Of a stretch of 64,000 nt of DNA, positions 37,575 through 46,003 are shown in pieces. Below the pieces are notes generated by a model. That model did not search any database. It was not told the DNA's origin and worked only from the letters and a program-made list of their open reading frames with translations. Made by a program: the position numbers and the translations under genes. The stretch is from an uncultured Bacteroidales bacterium (lineage in GTDB: Bacteria > Bacteroidota > Bacteroidia > Bacteroidales > Bacteroidaceae): assembly GCA_902773055.1 (NCBI GenBank), contig CACYCZ010000078.1, forward strand, positions 9,482-73,481, in the 5' to 3' direction. Each line of letters begins with the position of its first letter. Within the stretch, counting starts at the first letter, position 1.

Positions 37575-38120
37575 ATGCGACATAGGGACGACAAGGTTTT
37601 AATACCATTATTAAAAGATCCTGCCACTCGGCGGGAAGCATTTGAGGAATTGGTAGAGATGTATAGCTCTAGGCTATACTGGCTTATCAGGCGCATGGTC
37701 ATATCGCATGAAGACACAAACGACATTCTTCAAGATACATTTGTCCAGGCATGGATGAACCTGCATCAGTTCAGGGCAGACTCAAAGTTGTCGACATGGC
37801 TCTTCAAGATTGCAATCAACGGAGCTTTAAACCTCCTAAACCATCGGCAGGAACTCATCACTATTGACCATTTAGACATGGACTTCACCAATTATCTGGA
37901 AAGCGATCCCTACTTTGACGGCGAAGGCACTGCCATCGTATTGCAAAAAGCCATCCTGTCGCTTCCTGAGAAACAACGTCTGATTTTTAACATGAGGTAT
38001 TTTGAAGACATGAAATATGAAGATATCAGCGAAATATTGAACATTTCTGTCGGAGCGGTAAAATCCTCCTTCCATATTGCCACAGAAAAAATTAAAGCCT
38101 ATATTCAGATAAAATATTAA
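37575..38120 (+). CDS. ECF-type RNA polymerase sigma-70 family factor
   Basis: Region 2 is DILQDTFVQAW and region 4 is the HTH YEDISEILNISVGAVKSSFHIA. The 181-aa length fits. Confidence 0.85.
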   Translation: MRHRDDKVLIPLLKDPATRREAFEELVEMYSSRLYWLIRRMVISHEDTNDILQDTFVQAWMNLHQFRADSKLSTWLFKIAINGALNLLNHRQELITIDHLDMDFTNYLESDPYFDGEGTAIVLQKAILSLPEKQRLIFNMRYFEDMKYEDISEILNISVGAVKSSFHIATEKIKAYIQIKY

Positions 38121-38164
38121 CCTCCACTGTCTGCTTTGACACGGCACCATAAAAATGTAACACG

Positions 38165-38533
38165 ATGAACCTAGAAGAAAACACAGACCTTAAAAAGAAT
38201 CCATTCAAACTGCCAGACGGCTACTGGGATGACCTAAAAAAAGAAATTATGGCCTCCCTGCCCGATATTGATTACCAAGCCAATTTAACCACACCCAGAC
38301 ATAGTTTTCTTTACAACAAGCACATTCGACCGGCACTCTATTTGGCCGCAGCATTCTGCGGAATACTTTTTACCATCGGCATATATCAAAGACAACAGCA
38401 TTTAAACAAGGCACAACAACTGCAGGCACGCAACATCAGCGTCCTGGAGTCAGACAAAATGCTCAACGACTTCTGCGACTATGCACGCATAGACCAGAAT
38501 GACATCTATACATATCTGTCAGAAAACAAATAA
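38165..38533 (+). CDS. Single-pass membrane protein, anti-sigma-factor-like (module 1, gene a)
   Basis: It lies immediately downstream of the ECF sigma gene and has one TM (ALYLAAAFCGILFTIGIY). It is a paralog of 39288..39662. Confidence 0.5.
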   Translation: MNLEENTDLKKNPFKLPDGYWDDLKKEIMASLPDIDYQANLTTPRHSFLYNKHIRPALYLAAAFCGILFTIGIYQRQQHLNKAQQLQARNISVLESDKMLNDFCDYARIDQNDIYTYLSENK

Positions 38534-38551
38534 TCCCCTCCCAGAACCAAT

Positions 38552-39067
38552 ATGACACATAAATTAAGATTACTTTTCCTCGCTTTCACCCTTTCTGTGG
38601 CATATGCATTCGGGCAGACCGATGCCAACGGCAATAATGCACAGAACTGCCAAGACCACAAGGATAAATTTCACGGACTGCACAAGAATTTTTCACCTCA
38701 GAAATATGAACAGCAGAAACAGGAATTTCTCATCAAAGAAGTACAGCTCACTCCAGCTGAAGCCAATACCATCCTGCCCCTATTAATGGAACAGAAAAAG
38801 CTGCAACGCGAAAACGATAAAAAAATCAGAGAGTTGCGCCAATTGCCTACAGAAAACTTAGACAACAATCAGGTCATGAAAATCATTAAGGATATCTCCA
38901 ATCTGAAAAACAACAACCTGAAAATCGAGCAAGATTACCAAACCAAGATGCTGAAGACAATCTCTTCTAGTAAATATTTGCACCTGATCCGAGCTGATTT
39001 CCAATTTGACAGAGAAATGCTGCATAAAATCATGGTACATCCAAACAAGAAAGACAACCCAACATAA
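38552..39067 (+). CDS. Periplasmic alpha-helical K/Q/E-rich protein (Spy/CpxP-like by composition; module 1, gene b)
   Basis: It has a signal peptide (MTHKLRLLFLAFTLSVAYAFGQ). It is a paralog of 39675..40190 (FSPQKYEQQKQEF.., IRADFQFDREML). Confidence 0.45.
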   Translation: MTHKLRLLFLAFTLSVAYAFGQTDANGNNAQNCQDHKDKFHGLHKNFSPQKYEQQKQEFLIKEVQLTPAEANTILPLLMEQKKLQRENDKKIRELRQLPTENLDNNQVMKIIKDISNLKNNNLKIEQDYQTKMLKTISSSKYLHLIRADFQFDREMLHKIMVHPNKKDNPT

Positions 39068-39133
39068 CAGCCATGGCAGTAAGACTGCCACTATGACATA
39101 AAGTCATTACATACATCCCTACTTATTACAACG

Positions 39134-39163
39134 GAGTCGCTTTGAAAAACGACTCTTTTTTTT
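39134..39163 (+). terminator. Rho-independent terminator between module 1 and module 2
   Basis: GAGTCG (39134-39) pairs with CGACTC (39150-55), followed by T8 (39156-63). Confidence 0.6.
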
Positions 39164-39257
39164 ATATAAGGACAGTATCCTGTCAAAATTTCAATCACAG
39201 CAACCTTCCCCAATATTGTTTTCTATATCAAATTTCCTTTCTATCAATATATTTTTG

Positions 39258-39265
39258 TAACTTTG
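39258..39265 (+). promoter_or_regulatory. -7 box TAACTTTG upstream of module 2
   Basis: It is an exact TAnnTTTG match 23 nt upstream of the ATG at 39288. Confidence 0.45.
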
Positions 39266-39287
39266 CTACAGAGAGATATCAAATACA

Positions 39288-39662
39288 ATGAAACATCCGG
39301 ATTTGGCTAAAATCAACGCATCCACAAAAAACCCTTTCAAAGTACCTGATGGATATTTTGACAACTTAACAGCCAATATCATGTCCTCCATACCAGAGAT
39401 ACACGAAAAAACTGCTAAGACTCCTGCCATACAGAACCGTTTTTACACCACATATCTCCGTCCTATCATTTCTATTGCAGCCGTTTTTTCGGGCTTGATC
39501 TTAGGTGTTGGCATCTACCATAGCCATTCCCGACATCCAGCCAACAACATATCCGCATCGAACTCCGAAGCAGTATCGAACGAAACCTTGGAGGCCTTTT
39601 GCGACTATGCCCGCATTGAGTCCAACGACATCTACACTTATCTTTCAGAAAACAAACAATAG
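39288..39662 (+). CDS. Anti-sigma-like single-pass membrane protein (module 2, gene a)
   Basis: NPFKVPDGYFDNLTANIMSSIPEI and the C-terminal FCDYARIESNDIYTYLSENKQ parallel module 1 (NPFKLPDGYWDDLKKEIMASLPDI ... FCDYARIDQNDIYTYLSENK). Confidence 0.5.
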   Translation: MKHPDLAKINASTKNPFKVPDGYFDNLTANIMSSIPEIHEKTAKTPAIQNRFYTTYLRPIISIAAVFSGLILGVGIYHSHSRHPANNISASNSEAVSNETLEAFCDYARIESNDIYTYLSENKQ

Positions 39663-39674
39663 CATAATATTCCC

Positions 39675-40190
39675 ATGAAAACCCGTCTCTTTTCTATTCT
39701 GCTTGTCCTCATAATCAGTACCGTATATTCTTACGGCCAAACCTCATTGAGAATGAGACATCAGTCCGAAAACGGAGTACGCAATATGCATACCCATGAC
39801 CCTTTCAACAAGTTCTCGCCTGAAAAATACGAACAGCAGAAAAAAGAATTCATCATCCAAAAGACTCAACTCAGTCAGGAAAAAGCAGAAAAAGTCATCG
39901 CACTGCTTCAAACTCAGCGGAGGCTTCAGCGTACCAATGACAGAAAGATCAAAGAACTCCGTTGCAATGAAAACTACAAGTCAAACATTGCCTTGGCCAA
40001 TTCTATCATCAAACAGATTAACGAATTGAAAGAAGATAATCTGAAGATTGAACTGCAATACCAAAAGAAAATCCTGAAGATCATCTCCGCTTCACAATAT
40101 CTGGAAGTCATTCAAGCAGACTTCCGCTTTGACAGAGAAATGCTGTCCAAACTTACCTCTACGCACCGAAAGTCTCATACCCCCAATTAA
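39675..40190 (+). CDS. Periplasmic alpha-helical protein (module 2, gene b)
   Basis: It has a signal peptide. FSPEKYEQQKKEFIIQKTQLS, RLQRTNDRKIKELR and IQADFRFDREML parallel 38552..39067. Confidence 0.45.
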   Translation: MKTRLFSILLVLIISTVYSYGQTSLRMRHQSENGVRNMHTHDPFNKFSPEKYEQQKKEFIIQKTQLSQEKAEKVIALLQTQRRLQRTNDRKIKELRCNENYKSNIALANSIIKQINELKEDNLKIELQYQKKILKIISASQYLEVIQADFRFDREMLSKLTSTHRKSHTPN

Positions 40191-40239
40191 ATAAGCACAT
40201 CTTTTCCCGCTTTCATCTTCAGCATTAGTGATTTTTTAC

Positions 40240-40247
40240 TACCTTTG
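40240..40247 (+). promoter_or_regulatory. -7 box TACCTTTG upstream of the RIC-LuxR regulator
   Basis: It is an exact TAnnTTTG match 23 nt upstream of the ATG at 40270. Confidence 0.45.
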
Positions 40248-40269
40248 CATAACTATATAATTATCAGTA

Positions 40270-41229
40270 ATGCCTATATTATATCATACAACCGACAAGA
40301 TGTATGATGTCATTCAGGATGACAACCGCATTCTCCAAATCATGAGCCGCATGGGCCTTCCCTTAGGATTTGGCGAAAAAACCGTCCAAGAAGTCTGTGC
40401 CAGCAACAAAGTTGACCCTGTCACTTTTTTGGCTTTGGCCAACTACACCAAACAGGGCAAGGATATTGTCGGCTATTATATCGATAAGGTTTCTGTAGAA
40501 GCACTGATGGACTACCTTATCCGTTGCCACCATTACTTCCACAATTTTCTTCTTCCTTATGTACGGCGCTTGCTTATTGAAGCCATCAACTGCTCTGAGA
40601 CCAATAAGGTTGCCTTCCTCATCATTAAATTCTATGACGAATATACTGATGCCGTAAAGCACCATACCAAGTTGGAAAACACTAAAGTATTTCCCTATGT
40701 CGGCCAACTTCTCAATGGTCAGCACAACCCCTTATTCAGGATTTCCGATTTTACAAAGAGCCACGAGGGCATGGACCAGAAACTGACCGAACTCCGAAAT
40801 ATTGTCATAAAATACTACACATCACCCGAGCCAACCCATCAGGAACACATCTACAGTGTTCTTGAACAGATATTCCGGTTAGGCGACACTATGAAGGCCC
40901 ATTGTGAGCTGGAAGACGTATTGTTCGTCCCTGCTGTACAGCTGTTGGAAAAGAAAATTGCTGTCATTGACAATAATGCCAGCGTAAAGAAGAAAGTTCC
41001 CGAAGCCGAGGAACTTTCCGACAGGGAAAAAGAACTGGTATGCTGCATCGTGCAGGGGTTGACGAACAAGGAGATTGCAGGTAAGCTCTATATTTCGGTC
41101 AATACGGTCATTACACACCGCAAGAATATTTGCCGAAAACTCAACATCCATTCTACGGCAGGGCTCACCATCTATGCCATCGTAAACAGAATAGTCAGCC
41201 TTGATGACATCAGGCAAAACTATATCTGA
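40270..41229 (+). CDS. Fusion regulator: RIC/ScdA-type hemerythrin-like di-iron domain + LuxR-type HTH
   Basis: The C-terminus LSDREKELVCCIVQGLTNKEIAGKLYISVNTVITHRKNICRKL is a LuxR/GerE HTH. The N-terminal ~240 aa is collinear with E. coli YtfE-type motifs: LMDYLIRCHHYFHNFLLPYV, AVKHHTKLENTKVFPYV, SHEGMDQKL and MKAHCELEDVLFVPAV (His/Glu ligand pattern). Confidence 0.7.
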   Translation: MPILYHTTDKMYDVIQDDNRILQIMSRMGLPLGFGEKTVQEVCASNKVDPVTFLALANYTKQGKDIVGYYIDKVSVEALMDYLIRCHHYFHNFLLPYVRRLLIEAINCSETNKVAFLIIKFYDEYTDAVKHHTKLENTKVFPYVGQLLNGQHNPLFRISDFTKSHEGMDQKLTELRNIVIKYYTSPEPTHQEHIYSVLEQIFRLGDTMKAHCELEDVLFVPAVQLLEKKIAVIDNNASVKKKVPEAEELSDREKELVCCIVQGLTNKEIAGKLYISVNTVITHRKNICRKLNIHSTAGLTIYAIVNRIVSLDDIRQNYI

Positions 41230-41270
41230 TTCCCTTTTTAGAACAAAAAAATAAAAGTATTGTACATATT

Positions 41271-42740
41271 ATGAAACGTATCACCTGTTTTATTCCTTTT
41301 CAGAATTTCACTCAGGCCAAAGTCACCGTTGAGAATTTGCAAAGAGAGGACGAGGTCGCCGAAATCTATCTTCTGAAGACGCCCGATTCCCCAGACGGAG
41401 ACATCCTCGGCTGCAAGACCATTGAAACTCCATCACCCAAAAGCACAGACTGTATACGCCAGATTGCCTCTGCAAGCCATACAGACTTTACCCTGATATA
41501 TACTAAATCATCCCAGCTCAGTTTTGTCCTGTTTGCCGTAGAGCGTATGCTCGCTATTGCCGACGACACGCACGCTTCACTCGTCTATGCGGACCATTTC
41601 AACCAAACCGACGGTTCCCTGACGGAGGCTCCCGTCATCGACTACCAGTTGGGAGCACTCCGCGACGACTTTGACTTCGGCTCCGTATTGCTCTACAGGA
41701 CTGACGCCGTCAAGCAGGCTGCCGGACGAATGGACGTTGACTATCAGTTTGGCGCGCTCTACGACCTGCGTCTGAAAGTTTCCCAACAGGGTTCCCTGGA
41801 GCATATCAACGAATACCTCTATTATGAGATAGAGACTGACACACGCAAGTCGGGTGAAAAAATCTTTGACTACGTTGACCCCAAGAACAGGGCCGTACAG
41901 ATTGAAATGGAACAAATCTGTACCCGTCATCTTCAAGACATCGGCGGCTACTTGAAACCCTCTTTCAAGCACATTGAATTCAGCAATGGCGACTTTGAAT
42001 ATGAAGCCTCCGTCATTATTCCCTGCAAGAACCGCGTCAAGACTATCGGCGATGCCATTCAATCGGCCCTCAACCAGAAGACAAGCTTCAGATACAACGT
42101 CATTGTCGTAGACGACAATTCCACTGACGGTACCGTTGAGGTCATCAAGCGCTTTACCGACAATCCCAAATTACTATACATTGCCCAGGACAAGAGCTAC
42201 CACGCCATCGGAGGCAACTGGAATGTTGCCATACACCATCCCCAATGCGGCAAATTTGCCCTTCAACTGGACTCCGACGATGTTTATTCTGACGAAAACA
42301 CCATACAGAAATTCGTTGAAGCCTTCTATGAGCAGAACTGCGCCATGGTTGTCGGTACATACCGTATGACTAACTTCCACATGGAGACTATTCCTCCTGG
42401 TATCATTGACCATAAGGAATGGACTCCTGATAACGGACGCAACAATGCCCTCAGGGTCAATGGTCTCGGTGCACCGCGCGGTTTTTATGTCCCTCTGTTG
42501 CGCACTTTTAATTTTCCGACCACCAAATATGGTGAAGACTATGCCGTAGGGCTCCGTATCAGCCGTGAATATCAGATAGGGCGCATCTATGACGTCATCT
42601 ACAACTGCCGCCGCTGGGATGACAACTCTGACGCCAACTGCGACATTGTCAAGATGAATGCCAACAATCTCTACAAGGACCGCATCCGCACCTGGGAACT
42701 CAAGGCACGCATAGCCTTCAACAAACAGAGCTGCAAGTAG
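41271..42740 (+). CDS. Glycosyltransferase family 2 with an extra N-terminal degenerate GT-A-like domain
   Basis: The C-terminal half has SVIIPCKNRVKTIGDAIQSALNQ, NVIVVDDNSTDGT and LQLDSDDVY. The N-terminal ~240 aa is unassigned (DFDFGSVLLYR). Confidence 0.7.
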   Translation: MKRITCFIPFQNFTQAKVTVENLQREDEVAEIYLLKTPDSPDGDILGCKTIETPSPKSTDCIRQIASASHTDFTLIYTKSSQLSFVLFAVERMLAIADDTHASLVYADHFNQTDGSLTEAPVIDYQLGALRDDFDFGSVLLYRTDAVKQAAGRMDVDYQFGALYDLRLKVSQQGSLEHINEYLYYEIETDTRKSGEKIFDYVDPKNRAVQIEMEQICTRHLQDIGGYLKPSFKHIEFSNGDFEYEASVIIPCKNRVKTIGDAIQSALNQKTSFRYNVIVVDDNSTDGTVEVIKRFTDNPKLLYIAQDKSYHAIGGNWNVAIHHPQCGKFALQLDSDDVYSDENTIQKFVEAFYEQNCAMVVGTYRMTNFHMETIPPGIIDHKEWTPDNGRNNALRVNGLGAPRGFYVPLLRTFNFPTTKYGEDYAVGLRISREYQIGRIYDVIYNCRRWDDNSDANCDIVKMNANNLYKDRIRTWELKARIAFNKQSCK

Positions 42741-42765
42741 GGCAACTGCTACCTTCATATTATAA

Positions 42766-42815
42766 AAGGAGTCTTCTCCGCGATGTCACACACATCCGAG
42801 AAGACTCCTTTTCTT
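42766..42815. terminator. Bidirectional hairpin terminator between convergent genes
   Basis: It has a 13-bp stem in which AAGGAGTCTTCTC (42766-78) pairs with GAGAAGACTCCTT (42798-810). T-rich sequence follows it and A-rich sequence precedes it. Confidence 0.65.
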
Positions 42816-42842
42816 CGTTTCAGGCCTTTATCCCGCAACGGC

Positions 42843-43232
42843 TCAATCCCACATGAGTTCTTTGACTTTTGCCTCTATCTCCTGCAGGCGGCTCCACTGG
42901 GCAGGGGTATAGTCCTGCTCCTTGAGTTTCTTGTACTTCTTGTTCCAGTCGTTGCTCATTTCTATCAGGTCAGACAAAGCCCTGGTTCTTTCCTCGTCGC
43001 TCAGCTTCCCTGCCTTGAATTTCTCGTTGAGATCACCCAACCATTTACACATAGCTTCGGCATCAGCCAACGCCGCACGGCTGTCGGGCGTGCCCTCTTC
43101 TTCAACAACTTCTTCTGTCACGGCAGGCTGTCCTGCTTCCTTCTGCGCTTCTGATGAATCTTTGCTGCCACACGACATCATACATCCCATGACGAACATG
43201 GCACAGGTAATAGTTAAAAAACATTTTTTCAT
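42843..43232 (-). CDS. Small hypothetical lipoprotein (E/K-rich)
   Basis: It has an SPII signal (MKKCFLTITCAMFVMGCMMSC). The opposite-strand ORFs lack any such signal. Confidence 0.55.
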   Translation of the reverse strand: MKKCFLTITCAMFVMGCMMSCGSKDSSEAQKEAGQPAVTEEVVEEEGTPDSRAALADAEAMCKWLGDLNEKFKAGKLSDEERTRALSDLIEMSNDWNKKYKKLKEQDYTPAQWSRLQEIEAKVKELMWD

Positions 43233-43343
43233 AAATCACTTATTTTTAAAGGTTAATAATACGGATACAAATTTATGAATTGTTCTTATATCTGCAACTA
43301 ATTTATTAATTATTTTCAGTTTACCATATCTTCTTCACTCTAC

Positions 43344-43400
43344 CAAAAAACAAAAAGAATCCCGAAAGGCCCCCTGATTATTGCGCGCCTTTCGGGATTC
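43344..43400 (-). terminator. Rho-independent terminator of the SGNH hydrolase gene
   Basis: It has a 14-bp stem between GAATCCCGAAAGGC (43357-70) and GCCTTTCGGGATTC (43387-400). On the minus strand it is followed by TTTTTGTTTTTTG. Confidence 0.7.
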
Positions 43401-43424
43401 CACGGATTGTAAATACCCGCACGG

Positions 43425-44546
43425 TTACTGTATGCCGTACTTTCTCAGTATCTGGACGATGTCGTTCTCCACACTCTTCTCCCACATGGTATAGCCGTAA
43501 TTGTCTGGATGAACACCGTCGACAGACAACTCATTGGTGATACCCGTAGCATTGGGACGAATGAAATATACATCCTTATATTTCTTTACAGCCTCATACA
43601 TCATCTTCTCGGCCATATCCTGCTTAGCCTGCTCATACGCCTCCCTGCTTAAACTGAAATTACGGCTTTCGCGGCGTATTGTCTGCTGGAAGATGAGCGG
43701 TTTTCCGGGATGGGCTTTCTGCAGTTTTTCAATGAAGGGGAACAGACGTTCCTTGATCATCTCTGCCGGCGGATTGGAGAAGGAGTCAAATATGAACGCC
43801 TCGGCATCTACGTCGCACAACACATCGCAGAAATACTGCTGCAGCTTGCAGTTGCCGCTACAACCCAGACTCAGCAACTGGATACCCGTACTGCGGGTAA
43901 ACTGGGCGGGATAGGCCATGCCGCAGCGTGAGGTGCTGGAACCGTGCGTATAGCTGGAGCCAAAGATTGCCACCCTGTGGCGGAAAGGTGTGGGGATAGC
44001 TTGAATCTGGGCACCTTCTTCTACGCCCACCTTAACCGACTTGACTTCGCTGTAAAGCGGGAAATACAACAGACATTCCTTCTCTGACTTATCCATATCA
44101 GTTATCAATACACAGTTGGAACTCAGTTTGTTGTCTGTACGGCTCTGGGCTGAAACCACTCCAGAGGCAGCAAACAGCCATTTGCCGTCCTTCTTGATAT
44201 AGAGGTCATATCCACGGGCTGACTGTCCGTTGGTATTGGTCGGAAATTCCGGATAGCCATATTCTGTCTTTACTGAAACCGTCGTGGAGTTTGTCTTGAA
44301 CACACAGGCCATACCGCTTGACTCTCTCACCTGAAGGTTCTCCTTCGGGGTAAAGCCCTTATACTTTACTGTGTCAACACGGTGGTAAGGACAAGGATTG
44401 TTGTTGAACAAACGGCCTATCATGGTCAGGTCGTTAGCCTCCGTAAACTTATACTTAACATTCTTAGGAGTCTGTGCTCCCGCTCCGGCTACCATGGCCG
44501 TCATCATTAGTGCAAGAAATAACTTTTTCATATCGTTAAAACTCAT
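43425..44546 (-). CDS. Secreted SGNH/GDSL-type hydrolase with an N-terminal beta-sandwich domain
   Basis: It has a signal peptide. Block I-like VAIFGSSYTHGSS and block V DGVHPDNYG are present. Confidence 0.6.
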   Translation of the reverse strand: MSFNDMKKLFLALMMTAMVAGAGAQTPKNVKYKFTEANDLTMIGRLFNNNPCPYHRVDTVKYKGFTPKENLQVRESSGMACVFKTNSTTVSVKTEYGYPEFPTNTNGQSARGYDLYIKKDGKWLFAASGVVSAQSRTDNKLSSNCVLITDMDKSEKECLLYFPLYSEVKSVKVGVEEGAQIQAIPTPFRHRVAIFGSSYTHGSSTSRCGMAYPAQFTRSTGIQLLSLGCSGNCKLQQYFCDVLCDVDAEAFIFDSFSNPPAEMIKERLFPFIEKLQKAHPGKPLIFQQTIRRESRNFSLSREAYEQAKQDMAEKMMYEAVKKYKDVYFIRPNATGITNELSVDGVHPDNYGYTMWEKSVENDIVQILRKYGIQ

Positions 44547-44693
44547 TTACATATCTGACTACAAAGATACTATTATTTGACAAAAAGATGCGTATGGGGA
44601 GAAATCATTTTTTATTTAACACGAAACCAGCAAGGCGGAACCAAGATGCACCGAGGGAATTGGCATACTACAGGGACAGAAATGATACAATAT

Positions 44694-44798
44694 GGCGATA
44701 TTGTTTATGTTTCACGATGATGAACATACATTCCGCATCGCCAAACATACGTTCACCGACGGGAAACATACGTTCCCCGATACTAAACATAAACTCTC
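44694..44798. repeat. Dispersed 5 x 21-bp element, copy C (in a divergent promoter region)
   Basis: The units are ggcgatattgtttatgtttca / cgatgatgaacatacattccg / catcgccaaacatacgttcac / cgacgggaaacatacgttccc / cgatactaaacataaactctc. Confidence 0.8.
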
Positions 44799-44916
44799 TG
44801 CCTGCGGGCAACAATTTAAGTCCGCTTGCCTGATGTTTTTTATGGTTTTCCCATTCAACCAAAGGGTTTAATTTGTACTTTTGTACTCCAAGTCCCAAAT
44901 ACAACAGAACAATCAC

Positions 44917-45651
44917 ATGAACAAACTGCTCTTATTTACTTTCGCCATGCTCTGCATGGCAGGTAGTGCAAAAACAAAACTGACGACCCCCTCCCTATGT
45001 CCCTGGCTTGAGGGGAAAAACATTTCCATCCTCGGCGACTCCTACTCCACCTTTATCGGCTGGATACCAGAGGGCTATGCCGTATGGTACAATCCCACCT
45101 CTGCCAAGACCGATGTCCATCAGGTAGAAGATACCTGGTGGTGGAAACTGTGCGACAAGACCGGCTGCACGCTGCTGACCAACAGCAGCTACAGCGGCTC
45201 CACCATCTGCAACACAGGGTACAATGGTGCCGACGCCACCCACAGTTCCTTCATCACACGCATGAAGAAGGATATGGGGCAACAGACAGTGCTGCGCACC
45301 AAGCCTCAGGTCATCTTCGTCTTCGGCGGCACCAACGACAGTTGGGCAAACTCCCCTCTGGGAGAACCCAAATATGAAGCATGGACTACCACTGACCTCT
45401 ACCAGACGTTTCCCGCTGCATGCCATATGTTTGACTACCTGAAGAAGTGGAATCCGGGAACAAAGATTATCTTTCTGTCCAACAGCGAGCTGAAAAAAGA
45501 ATTCTATGTCGGCATGCAGGAAATATGCCGCCACTACGACATCTATTTCCTGCAGTTGAAAAAGATAGGCAAACAGTCAGGCCACCCCAACATTGAAGGC
45601 ATGGAGGCCATTGCCGAACAAATCATACAATTTATCAATCAGAGCCACTGA
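44917..45651 (+). CDS. Secreted SGNH/GDSL hydrolase
   Basis: The start is at MNKLLLFTFAMLCMAGSA. Block I is ISILGDSYSTF, block III is FGGTNDS, and the C-terminal GHPN is present. A -7 box TACTTTTG lies at 44875-82. Confidence 0.7.
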   Translation: MNKLLLFTFAMLCMAGSAKTKLTTPSLCPWLEGKNISILGDSYSTFIGWIPEGYAVWYNPTSAKTDVHQVEDTWWWKLCDKTGCTLLTNSSYSGSTICNTGYNGADATHSSFITRMKKDMGQQTVLRTKPQVIFVFGGTNDSWANSPLGEPKYEAWTTTDLYQTFPAACHMFDYLKKWNPGTKIIFLSNSELKKEFYVGMQEICRHYDIYFLQLKKIGKQSGHPNIEGMEAIAEQIIQFINQSH

Positions 45652-45674
45652 CACATTCATCCCCTATTCCGCCC

Positions 45675-45974
45675 ATGATTACAATGTACGTCATGAAAAC
45701 TTGTCCGTATTGCGAATACGTTGAGCAACAAGTTAAAGACAATTCCCGTTTCCACGTCATCGACATATCTGCCCATGTAATGAATCTCAAGAAGTTCCTT
45801 GACCTGCGCGACAGCCACCCTGCTTTTGTCGAGGCGAAGAAAGAAGGCGACATCGGCGTTCCATGCTACATCCTTGAAGACGGCACCGTAACCCTCTCGT
45901 CAAAGGATGCCGGACTGGAACCGATGCCCGAAACAGGTGCGCCCTCGTGTAATATCGACGGCAGCGGCTGCTAA
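45675..45974 (+). CDS. Glutaredoxin-like (thioredoxin-fold) protein
   Basis: The CPYC active site is near the N-terminus (MKTCPYCEYV). The C-terminal tail carries two more Cys (SCNIDGSGC). Confidence 0.65.
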   Translation: MITMYVMKTCPYCEYVEQQVKDNSRFHVIDISAHVMNLKKFLDLRDSHPAFVEAKKEGDIGVPCYILEDGTVTLSSKDAGLEPMPETGAPSCNIDGSGC

Positions 45975-46003
45975 GACATAGGACAGAGGAAATAAGAAAC
46001 AAC

